A DNA stretch of 64,000 nucleotides, from NCBI GenBank assembly GCA_963795855.1, contig CAWCIZ010000004.1, positions 224,001 through 288,000 on the forward strand, read 5' to 3'. This DNA comes from Vulcanimicrobiota bacterium. Lineage in GTDB: Bacteria; Vulcanimicrobiota; Vulcanimicrobiia; Vulcanimicrobiales; Vulcanimicrobiaceae. The position numbers and the translations under genes are program-made. Below are positions 32,909 through 41,743 of the stretch, piece by piece; position 1 is the stretch's first letter, and each line of letters starts with the position of its first letter. Under the pieces are notes generated by a model, which was given only the letters and a program-made list of their open reading frames with translations, ran no database searches and was not told where the DNA came from.

Positions 32909-34387
32909 GCGGCGTTTTGTCGCCGCGCTCGTCACCGTGGCGCTCGTTCTCGTTGCGGCGCTGCTTTTGCGTCCGCGCAGCCACGCCGCGCCCGCGCAGC
33001 GCCCGCCCGCGCAGACGTTTACCGTCGCAGCGGTTTTACGCCGGCCGGCGCCGGCGTGGGGAGCCGCGTCGCGCAGCGATTTGCGCAACGCGCTCGAGTC
33101 CGCGCTCGCTCCGGCGCTCGACGACGGAGGCTCGTGCAGCTGCGTGGTCATCGCGCAAGACGGAAGTTTGCTGTACGACAACGGCGGATCTCGCGCGCTC
33201 ACCCCTGCGTCCACGCAAAAACTCATCGTCACCGACGCAGCGCTGGCCGATCTAGGCCCGCAGTTTCGTTTCGATACGTTGATCGCGGCTTCGCAGGAGC
33301 CGCGCAACGGCGCGCTCGATGGGAATTTGTGGCTTGCGGGTTCGGGGGATCCATCGCTGCGCACCAGCGATTTGCGCAACGCCGTACTGAATTGAAAAAA
33401 ACGGGTCTGCAAACAATAACCGGCAGCGTCACCGTCGACGGCAGCGCGATCGCCGGCGAAGAGATCAACCCGTTTTGGAACGCGGACGATTCCAACGAAG
33501 ACTTCATGGCGGCGACGAGCGGCATCTCGATCGACGAAGATACCGTCGAATTTCACGTCACCGGCACGTCGCTCGGTCAAAGTGCGCAGGTCACAGTCGT
33601 TCCGCGCAGCAACGACGTTCGCTATTACGGCGCCGTCACGACCGGCGGCGGCGACGAGGTGATCATCGCCGCAACCGGCACGCCGAACGAATTTCGGCTC
33701 GACGGCGCCATTCCGCCGGGCGTGGAAGAAACGTTTTACGTTCCCGTGCACGGCATCGACCGGTATGCAGGCTCGGTCCTGTCCGCGTTGCTGAAAATCT
33801 CCGGCATCGCAGTAGCTCGGCCGCCTCAGACGGGAACCGTTCCGCTGAACACGGAGATCCTTTGGCAGCACCGCTCGCCGCCGCTCACCCGCTTGCTGCG
33901 GCATATGCTCGTCGTTTCGGACAACCATTTCGCCGAAGAATTGATGCGCGCCGTCGGCGGCAGTGAAGGCCAGACTGCGGACGATCGCGACGGCTTGAAC
34001 GCGGAGCGCGCCGTGCTCGCAGGCCAAGACATTCCCACGCCCGGCCTGCACATCGTGGATGGGAGCGGCCTTGCACATGCTAACCGGGTGGCAGCCATGA
34101 CGCTGGCGCGCATATTGGCGTATTACGATGCATCGCCTAAGGGGAATGTGTTATATCCGCTTCTGGCGCGCGGCGGAAAGGATGGAACCCTCAGAATGTA
34201 CCGGTTCCAGGACGCTCGAGGGCGGGTGCGGGCAAAGAGCGGGCACGTCGACGGCGTCTCGTCGCTGGCCGGTTATGTCGATACTCGTAAGCACGGCCGG
34301 GTGGTTTTCGCGTTTTTGATCGACGGCTCGCCCGGCGATCCCGACGCCGCGATCGTATCTGCCGTCGATCGCATCGCCGCACGGTAG
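32847..34387 (+). CDS. dacB: D-Ala-D-Ala carboxypeptidase/endopeptidase, PBP4 (S13) (frameshift ~33390)
   Basis: PASTQK (SxxK), GSGDPSL, SDN (SxN), DGSGL, KSG (KTG-like). Start uncertain. Confidence 0.9.
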
Positions 34388-34389
34388 GA

Positions 34390-35796
34390 GTGCACGAACC
34401 AATGCTGGATACGGACATCATCGACCGTCTGATCGGCGTGGCGCTCGAACGCGGCGGTGACTACGCGGACGTTTTCTGCGAACGGCGGCGAGCTGCATCG
34501 TTTCGGCTGCAGTCCGGTCAAATACACGAGAGCGGATTTTCCATCACGCAAGGCGTCGGCATTCGCGTCATCGTCGGTGAGTCGGCGGGCTATGCGTTTT
34601 CCGACGACCTCGCATTCGAATCGCTGCAGCGCGCCGCGCGGATCGCCTCGCTCATCGCACACGATCGTTCCGACGGCTGCCGCAGCGTAAAGGTGGCCGC
34701 GTCCAAAGTGGAGCCGTTTTACGACGTCGCCCGGACGACGCACGCACCATCCGAAGCGTACGTCAAATTGCTCGAACGAGCCGACGTCGCGGCGCGAGCG
34801 TTCGACCCGCGCATCACGTCGGTAAATGCGACGATAACCGACGAATTGCAGGACGTTTGGATAGCGACGAGCGACGGCCGCTTCGTGCACGATCGCCGTC
34901 CGCTGATCTCGCTCGGCGTACAAGCCGTTTCGACGGCGAACGGCGAGCGCGCGCAGGGATTCGTCGGTGACGGCGGCCGCGCGTCGATAGCGTTTTACGA
35001 AACGCGAACGCCGGAGTCCATAGCGAGCGACGCTGCGCGAATCGCCGCGACTAACCTGGAGGCGATTGCGGCGCCGGCCGGAGAGATGGAAATGGTCGTC
35101 GGAAGCGGCGGCGGCGGCGTGCTGCTGCACGAGGCGGTGGGGCACGGGCTGGAAAGCGACTTCAATCGTCAAGGCGTTTCGCTGTACAGCGGCCGCGTCG
35201 GCGAGCGCGTCGCAAGCGAACTCGTAACCATTTACGACGACGGCAATCTGCACGAGGAGCGCGGCAGCATCGGCGTCGACGACGAAGGCACGCCCGGCGC
35301 TCACAAAGTGCTCGTCGAGAACGGCATTTTGCGCGGTTACATGCAAGACTATTTGAACGGCAGGCTCATGGGCACGGCGTCGACGGGAAGCGGAAGACGG
35401 CAATCCTTTCGCGTGATGCCGCAGCCCCGCATGTGCAACACGTACATGCCGAACGGTGAATCCACGCCCGAAGAGATCATCGCTTCGACCAAACGTGGAA
35501 TCTACGCGAAGGCGTTCGGCGGCGGACAAGTCGAGATCAGCCGCGGTGACTTCGTGTTCATGGTGGCGGAAGGCTACCTCATCGAAAACGGCAAGATCAC
35601 CGCGCCCGTTAAGAACGCAACGATCGTTGGCAGTGGGCCCGACGTCATGACCAAGGTCGTCGCGGTCGGCAACGACTGCCGTCTCGCGAACCGGCATTAC
35701 ACGTGCGGCAAGGGCGGGCAGTACGTTCCGGTCGGCGTCGGCATGCCGACGGTGAAAATTTCCGCGATCACCGTGGGCGGCTCCAATGTTGAATAA
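34390..35796 (+). CDS. tldD: TldD metalloprotease
   Basis: GVGIRV, LLHEAVGHGLESD (HExxGH), DDEG, PRMCNTYM, CGKGGQYVPVGVGMPT. Confidence 0.96.
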   Translation: MHEPMLDTDIIDRLIGVALERGGDYADVFCERRRAASFRLQSGQIHESGFSITQGVGIRVIVGESAGYAFSDDLAFESLQRAARIASLIAHDRSDGCRSVKVAASKVEPFYDVARTTHAPSEAYVKLLERADVAARAFDPRITSVNATITDELQDVWIATSDGRFVHDRRPLISLGVQAVSTANGERAQGFVGDGGRASIAFYETRTPESIASDAARIAATNLEAIAAPAGEMEMVVGSGGGGVLLHEAVGHGLESDFNRQGVSLYSGRVGERVASELVTIYDDGNLHEERGSIGVDDEGTPGAHKVLVENGILRGYMQDYLNGRLMGTASTGSGRRQSFRVMPQPRMCNTYMPNGESTPEEIIASTKRGIYAKAFGGGQVEISRGDFVFMVAEGYLIENGKITAPVKNATIVGSGPDVMTKVVAVGNDCRLANRHYTCGKGGQYVPVGVGMPTVKISAITVGGSNVE

Positions 35797-35832
35797 TTGC
35801 GAATCTTTGCGGTGCCCACCGTTCGTGGGGAC

Positions 35833-35905
35833 CGCGCATAGCGACCAGGATGGAAGCATGTCGACCCGCACAGGACGTGCGTTAGGGTCGACTGCTAGGC
35901 CGGAG
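35833..35905 (+). repeat. 73-bp palindromic repeat, copy 1
   Basis: cgcgcatagcgaccaggatggaagcatgtcgacccgcacaggacgtgcgttagggtcgactgctaggccggag. Confidence 0.95.
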
Positions 35906-35924
35906 GGCCGTTCCACGCTGGGAT

Positions 35925-35994
35925 CTTTGCCGCGCCCACGGGGAAAGTTTGAGTTAGCTGAACGGTTGAGGCGCCATGCGATCGTGGGGGCCCC
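35925..35994 (+). repeat. TTTGC-GCGCCCACGGGG...GGGGGCCCC repeat module
   Basis: Aligns by eye with 37500-37568 (gcgcccacgggga, gttagc, gcgccatg, tgggggcccc). Confidence 0.75.
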
Positions 35995-36063
35995 AACGCA
36001 GTTGGCCGTTCCTGCTGCACATCGTGTTCAGAACGGCAGGCTCACGTCCTGTTCGCTCGGGGG

Positions 36064-36136
36064 CGCGCATAGCGACCAGGATGGAAGCATGTCGACCCGC
36101 ACAGGATGTGCGTTAGGGTCGACTGCTAGGCCGGAG
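36064..36136 (+). repeat. 73-bp palindromic repeat, copy 2 (one mismatch, 231 bp downstream)
   Basis: Identical to copy 1 except caggaTgtgc in place of caggaCgtgc. Confidence 0.95.
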
Positions 36137-36147
36137 CGCCTTTCAAC

Positions 36148-37486
36148 ATGAGCAGCTCCCAAGAAGCCCTCGACTACGCGCACTTCGTCGTCGATGCAGC
36201 ATTGCGCGCCGGGGCAACGCAAGCCGAAGCGACCGTCTCGATCAACGATCGCTTTTCCACCGAAGCACGCGGACGAGCGATTACGAAGCTCGAGCAGTCC
36301 ACGGGGCGGCTTTTGCATGCGCGCGTTTTCGTCGATGGCCGCAAAGCTTCGCTCGCGACGTCGGATTTCGAGCGCGGCAGCCTTGAAGATGCGGTGTCCA
36401 CCGTCGTATCCCAGGCGCGTCACGTCGCGTTCGATCCGTACGCGATGCTTCCCGACGCTGCCCGAGTAAACGGACGTTGCGACTTGAACTTGTTCGCGCA
36501 CGACGTTGCAAAGCGCGATGCGCAAGTGAAGATCGATGAAGCGCTCGAGCTGGAGGAGCGCATTCGCGCGATCGATTCGCGCATTTCCAACAGCAACGGA
36601 GCACACGTTGGAGATACGGTCAGCACGATCGCGCTCGTCAATTCGAACCGTTTCGCGGGCGACTACCAATCGACGCGTGTGCATCGCTCCGTCAGCCCCG
36701 TCGCGCTCGACGGAGAAAACAAACGAACCGGCGCGTACGGAACCGCCGGGCGGCGGCTGCGCGACATGGAAGACGCGGCGTCCGTGGCACGCAAAGCGGT
36801 CGAGAGGACCGTCGGGCTCTTCGGCGCGCGGAAGCCGCCGACGATGCGCGTGCCCGTCATTTTCGAGCGGGACGTCGCAGCGTCGGTGCTCGCGGATCTG
36901 TTCTCGGCGCTAAGCGCGTCGAACGTGGCGATCGGCAACTCATGGCTGGCCGAGCGCATGGGTTCGCGGATCGGAAGCGATCTCGTCACGATCGTGGATG
37001 ACGGCACGCTTCGGGGCCTGCTGGGCACCTCGCCGTTCGACGGCGAAGGTGTTCCTACGCAGCGCACCGCCGTGTTCGAACGCGGGACGCTGCGCTCGTT
37101 TTTGTACGACACGTACTATGCGCGCAAACTAGGCGCGCAGTCGACGGGCAACGGCAGCGGCGGCGGCGTCGCGCCGAACAACTTCTACCTCGAGGCGGGC
37201 TCCCGCTCGCTCGAACAGGCTCGTCTCCGCAACCTCGCGCGGCATTCTGGTGATGGACACGATCGGTTTTGCGACGGAGCACGCGAGCGGAACGTACAGC
37301 CGCGGCGCGCGCGGATTCTACATCGAAAACGGCGAGATCGCGTATCCCGTCGAGGAATTCACGATTGCGGGCACGTTCCCCGACATGCTCGCCGGAATCG
37401 ACGCCGTGGCGGACGATTTGCGCTTCGATGCCGCAGTCGTGTCACCGTCGTTTCGCGTGGCGGAAATGACCGTCAGCGGCGACTGA
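36148..37486 (+). CDS. pmbA: PmbA/TldE protein (frameshift ~37220)
   Basis: GATQAE, PFDGEG, STGNG, G.YS.GARGF.IENGEI.YPV..TIAG, SPS; pairs with tldD. Confidence 0.93.
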
Positions 37487-37499
37487 GAAAGAACGTATA

Positions 37500-37590
37500 T
37501 TTGCGGCGCCCACGGGGAGCATTCGTGTTAGCAGTACAAGTATGCGCCATGAGGATTTTGGGGGCCCCGGCGGAGCCGGGGGGCGCGGAG
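37500..37590 (+). repeat. Intergenic copy of the GGGGGCCCC repeat module
   Basis: tttgcggcgcccacggggagc..gttagc..gcgccatg..tgggggccccggcggagccggggggcgc. Confidence 0.75.
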
Positions 37591-37606
37591 TCTAGGACGT
37601 AGCGCG

Positions 37607-39049
37607 ATGCCAAACATCGGAATCAGTTTCACGCTCATCATGCGGCTTGAAATGCCGAACAGCCCCGGCGCTTTCAATCAACTCGCGTCGGCCATCGGCG
37701 ATGGGGGCGGCGTGATCGCCGCCGTCGACATGCGGTCAGTGACGAAAACGCACGTCGTCCGCGACGTGACGGTCAACGTCAGTTCGGACGTCATCGGCAA
37801 AGCCGTGCGCGAATCCGTCGAAGGTTTGGAAAACGTCAGCGTCATCAGCGTTTCGGACAGCACGTTTCTCGCGCATCTGGGCGGCAAAATTCAGGTCGAG
37901 CCGAAGATCCCGGTCAAAACGCGACAGGATTTGTCCACGGTGTATACGCCGGGCGTCGCGCGGGTGTCGATGGCAATCGCCGCGGATCCGTCCAAAGCGT
38001 TCAATCTGACGATCAAACGCAACTGCGTCGCCGTCGTCTCCGACGGTACGGCGGTGCTTGGCTTGGGCGATATCGGGCCGCTCGGCGCGTTGCCGGTGAT
38101 GGAAGGCAAGGCAATGCTGTTCAAGCAGTTTGCCGGCATCGACGCATTTCCGATTTGCTTGGACACCAAAGACGTCGACGAGATCGTCGAAACCGTCGCG
38201 CGCATCGCTCCCGTCTTCGGCGGCATAAATCTGGAAGATATTTCCGCACCGCGCTGCTTCGAAGTGGAACGGCGTCTCATAGAAACGCTCGACATTCCGG
38301 TGATGCACGACGATCAGCATGGGACCGCCGTCGTCATCATGGCCGCGCTTATCAACGCGGCCAAAGTCGTGGGCAAGCAGCTGGAGGATCTGCAGATCGT
38401 CGTGGCCGGCAGTGGCGCGGCTGGGACGGCGACTATAAAAATGCTGCTCGGAGCCGGCGTGCGCGACGTCATTCCCGTCGATCGCGCCGGCGCGCTCAAC
38501 CGCACGGATCGGTACGAAAACTCGCACTGGCGGTGGTTGGCGGAGAACACGAACCGCGAAAACCGGCGAGGCTCGCTGCACGAGGTGCTGCGCGGAGCGG
38601 ACGTCTTCATCGGCGTTTCAGCGCCGGGGATTCTCCAGGTGGAAGACATCGGCTCCATGGCGCGGGATCCGATCGTGTTCGCGATGGCCAATCCGACGCC
38701 CGAGATCATGCCGGACGCGGCGTCCGGCCACGTCGCGGTCATTGCGACGGGCCGCTCCGATTTTCCCAATCAGGTGAACAATCTGCTGGCGTTTCCGGGA
38801 ATATTCCGCGGTGCTCTGGACGCGAGGGCCAGCCGGATCACCGAGAAGATGAAACTGGCAGCAGCGCACGCAATCGCCTCGATCGTAACGGAGGACGAAC
38901 GCAGTCCAGAGTATATCATTCCGAGTGTTTTCGACGTGCGCGTCGTCGAAGCAGTGGCCAAAGCGGTTGCCGGGGCGGCCGTGGATGAGGGAGTCGCCCG
39001 CCGCCAATTGGTATTGTCCGAGGGGGAAGACATCACCGCAGCGACTTGA
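37607..39049 (+). CDS. NAD(P)-dependent malic enzyme with N-terminal ACT domain
   Basis: VYTPGVA, DGTAVLGLGDIG, MEGK, INLEDISAPRCF, HDDQHGT, GSGAAG, MANP, QVNN. Confidence 0.95.
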   Translation: MPNIGISFTLIMRLEMPNSPGAFNQLASAIGDGGGVIAAVDMRSVTKTHVVRDVTVNVSSDVIGKAVRESVEGLENVSVISVSDSTFLAHLGGKIQVEPKIPVKTRQDLSTVYTPGVARVSMAIAADPSKAFNLTIKRNCVAVVSDGTAVLGLGDIGPLGALPVMEGKAMLFKQFAGIDAFPICLDTKDVDEIVETVARIAPVFGGINLEDISAPRCFEVERRLIETLDIPVMHDDQHGTAVVIMAALINAAKVVGKQLEDLQIVVAGSGAAGTATIKMLLGAGVRDVIPVDRAGALNRTDRYENSHWRWLAENTNRENRRGSLHEVLRGADVFIGVSAPGILQVEDIGSMARDPIVFAMANPTPEIMPDAASGHVAVIATGRSDFPNQVNNLLAFPGIFRGALDARASRITEKMKLAAAHAIASIVTEDERSPEYIIPSVFDVRVVEAVAKAVAGAAVDEGVARRQLVLSEGEDITAAT

Positions 39050-39094
39050 TATGGGGCCCCGCGCGCGAAGTTTGCGCAACTTAAAAGGAGACGT

Positions 39095-39787
39095 ATGCCG
39101 CAGGCCAAGATTCTCGTAATCGAGGACGACGAAGACATCGCGAAGCTCGAACAGACCGTGCTCGAGCGCGCGGAGTACGAAGTGAAGGTGACCGGCTCCG
39201 GCGCCGAAGGGTTGGAACTGGCCGAGTCCTATAAACCCGATGTCGTTATACTCGACATCGGGCTGCCGGATATCTCGGGCCTCGACGTGTGCACGTCGCT
39301 TTCCAACTCGAACAATGCGTTCGTTTTGATGGTCAGCGGTCATTCGCGCGAGCAGGACGTGCTGCTCGGCCTGGGCCTGGGCGCCGACGATTATATCACG
39401 AAACCGTTTTCCGGCAACGAACTCGTCGCCCGCGTTGCCTCGTTCTTGCGGCGTCGCGAAAGATACCTCGAGAAAAAAGAAGATGCCGGCGTACTGCAAG
39501 TCGGAACCGCGAAGTTAGTACGCGATTTTCACACGCTCAATAACGACAGCAGGAGCGTCTCGCTAACGGCGCTCGAATTTCGTCTGCTCTGGTTCCTCGC
39601 GGAAGCCGAGGGACGTTTGCTCACGCGCGCGCAGATTCTCGAACACGTCTGGAACGACACGTCGGGCGTGCCCACGCGCGTCGTCGACGTGCACATCGCG
39701 GCATTGCGCAAGAAACTTACCGAGGTCGGAGCACCGGTGGAGATTGCGAGCGTCCGCGGCATTGGCTATAGACTCGACACGAAGTAA
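39095..39787 (+). CDS. OmpR/PhoB-family response regulator (no kinase nearby)
   Basis: IEDD, LDIGLPD, GADDYITKPF, LTALEF.LL, VDVHI..LRKK, VRGIGY. Confidence 0.95.
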   Translation: MPQAKILVIEDDEDIAKLEQTVLERAEYEVKVTGSGAEGLELAESYKPDVVILDIGLPDISGLDVCTSLSNSNNAFVLMVSGHSREQDVLLGLGLGADDYITKPFSGNELVARVASFLRRRERYLEKKEDAGVLQVGTAKLVRDFHTLNNDSRSVSLTALEFRLLWFLAEAEGRLLTRAQILEHVWNDTSGVPTRVVDVHIAALRKKLTEVGAPVEIASVRGIGYRLDTK

Positions 39788-39789
39788 AA

Positions 39790-39860
39790 GGCGCATCCGC
39801 CCTTCGGGCTGCGCGCCCCCACACGCAAAGCGCGTGGGGCGCCCGGCCTTCGGCCCCTCC
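39790..39860. repeat. Triple-hairpin REP-like intergenic element
   Basis: gccc-ttc-gggc, gcgcccccac..gcaa..gtggggcgc, ggcc-ttc-ggcc. Confidence 0.55.
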
Positions 39861-39877
39861 CTCGAGTTGGGTGAGAG

Positions 39878-41330
39878 TTGGTAGCGTCTCTGAGATTAGA
39901 CCCAGCAGACCCGCGTCCGCTCTACGTTCAAATCGCCGACGGCATCGTCGATGCAATCGACGCCGAACGCCTGCAGTCCGGCGATCGTCTTCCGGCTATG
40001 CGCGATTTGGCGCGCGAACTCGACTGCGCGCTGGTGACCGTTTCCCAAGCATACGAATTGCTGACGGCGCGGGGGCGAACGATTTCGCGCGTCGGCAAGG
40101 GTACGTTCGTCGCGGAAACCGCGGCGGTTGGCGAACCCTTCGCGCGGCGCTGGGAGCCCGACCTCGGACGTCTAGCGCGGGCCGAACGCATGGAAGGCGT
40201 GATCGAGCAGCTGACGCGAGCCGATGCGCCGGGAACGATCACGCTCGCGTCGGGACACCCCGCGCCGGAAACGTTTCCTTTGCCGGATTTCGCCCGCGCG
40301 TTCCAGCGCACGCTCCTCGAGGACCCGGCCGAACTGATGCAATACCGTGCCGCGAGCGGCGATCCCGATCTGTGCGAGACGCTGGCGGCGTTGCTGCGCT
40401 CTCGCGGGTGCAGTGCCGGCGCAAGCGATATCATCGTCTGTTCCGGCGCGCAGCAGGCAGCGGATCTCGTCGCGACGGTGCTGCTGGAATCGCGCAGCGT
40501 CGTTGCGGCGGAGAGCCCGACTTATTCCGGAACGCTCGGCGTGTTCGACGCGCGCGGCGTGACGTACGTCGAAGTCGCGAGCGATGCGGACGGCGTGCGC
40601 CCGGACGACGTCGAGCGCGTTTTCAGCGAATACCGTCCGCGGCTTTTTTACATCAATCCGATAGCGCAGAATCCGACCGGCGCGGTGCTTCCGCAGCGGC
40701 GCGCGAAACATATCGTCGGCCTCGCACGACGTTACGACGCGGTCATCCTGGAAGACCAGACCGGCTGGCAGCTCGCGTACGATGCGGCGGCACCGCCGCC
40801 GCTGGCGGCGTTCGATACCGACGGCCGTGTGATCGTGATGGAAAGTCTTTCGAAGTCGATTTTTCCGGCGCTTCGAATCGGCTATTTGTTCTGCAAAGGC
40901 GCGCTGGCGGACGCGTTGGAATTGGCCAAGGCGCGAACCGACGTGTTTACCTCGACCTTGACGCAGCGCGCGCTTTGGCGATTCATGAGCGGTGCGGCGT
41001 ACGCGCGGCATCTGCGCTCCACGCGCAATCTCTATTTCGAACGGCGAAACGCTTTCGTCGATGCGCTCGCGCAACATCTACCATGGGCCGAAGCGCGCCC
41101 GCCCGCGGCCGGGTTGAACGTGTGGCTGCGGCTTCCACCGCGAATCTCGACGCAGGCTGCGTTCGACGCGTGCGCGCGTCAAGGCGTCCTCGTCATGCCG
41201 TCGGAACCGTTTTATCCAACGCGTCAGGGAGTATCCGGCGCTGCGCCTGTCGTTCGGTCATCTCGCCGTCGAAGATGCGAAAGAAGGCGTGCGCCGTCTC
41301 GCTGCCGCGCTCGGCAAGCTGAACGCATAA
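39878..41330 (+). CDS. MocR/GntR PLP-dependent transcriptional regulator (frameshift ~41230)
   Basis: PLYVQIA..GDRLP.MR.LA..TVSQAY..GKGTFV; QNPTG; SLSKSIFPALRIG. Confidence 0.92.
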
Positions 41331-41347
41331 GCGGGTATACGGCACCC

Positions 41348-41704
41348 ATGGAGTTCGTGTCCAAACAGCAGACGTATGAAGCAACGCGTAAACTGCTTCT
41401 TGAAAACGCCGCGCGGCTCGGCGACAAAGACGTCGAAGAAATTGCGCGCAACATGCAGATGGACGGCGATCACTCGCTGTTGCCGGCATTGTATCAGCGC
41501 TTTCTCGACACGATCACTGCCGATCCGCTCGAACCGCAAGATGCGCTCGCAGCCGCGGCGGAATTCATCGAAAACAACGTCGACGCGCGCGGAAAACCGC
41601 AACTCGCCGACCTGATCACCAGCGCCAAAACCACGTCGGACGATCCGGAGAAAGGCGACGGCGCCCTCTGGAATCATTGGATCGAACTGCTCGCTTCCGT
41701 CTAA
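41348..41704 (+). CDS. Hypothetical helical protein (118 aa)
   Basis: Has its own ATG after the corrected MocR stop; natural composition. Confidence 0.7.
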   Translation: MEFVSKQQTYEATRKLLLENAARLGDKDVEEIARNMQMDGDHSLLPALYQRFLDTITADPLEPQDALAAAAEFIENNVDARGKPQLADLITSAKTTSDDPEKGDGALWNHWIELLASV

Positions 41705-41743
41705 AGCCGGCAGTGCGAGCGAGCCGCGTGCAGGGGTGTCGCG

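Larger units (their letters stand above)
35786..36151 (+). other. 121-codon repeat-derived ORF bridging tldD and pmbA
   Basis: ATG lies inside the tldD end; TGA overlaps the pmbA ATG (ATGA); contains the duplicated AHSDQDGSMSTRTG(R/C)ALGSTARPE. Confidence 0.4.

Noticed and set aside
35833..36136. CRISPR array
   Set aside because: Only two 73-bp repeats with a 158-bp spacer and no cas genes; sizes do not fit CRISPR.
39878..41704. 608-aa MocR fusion with a C-terminal extra domain
   Set aside because: A frameshift near 41230 hides the LRLSFG end and the TAA at 41328-30; the tail has its own ATG at 41348.
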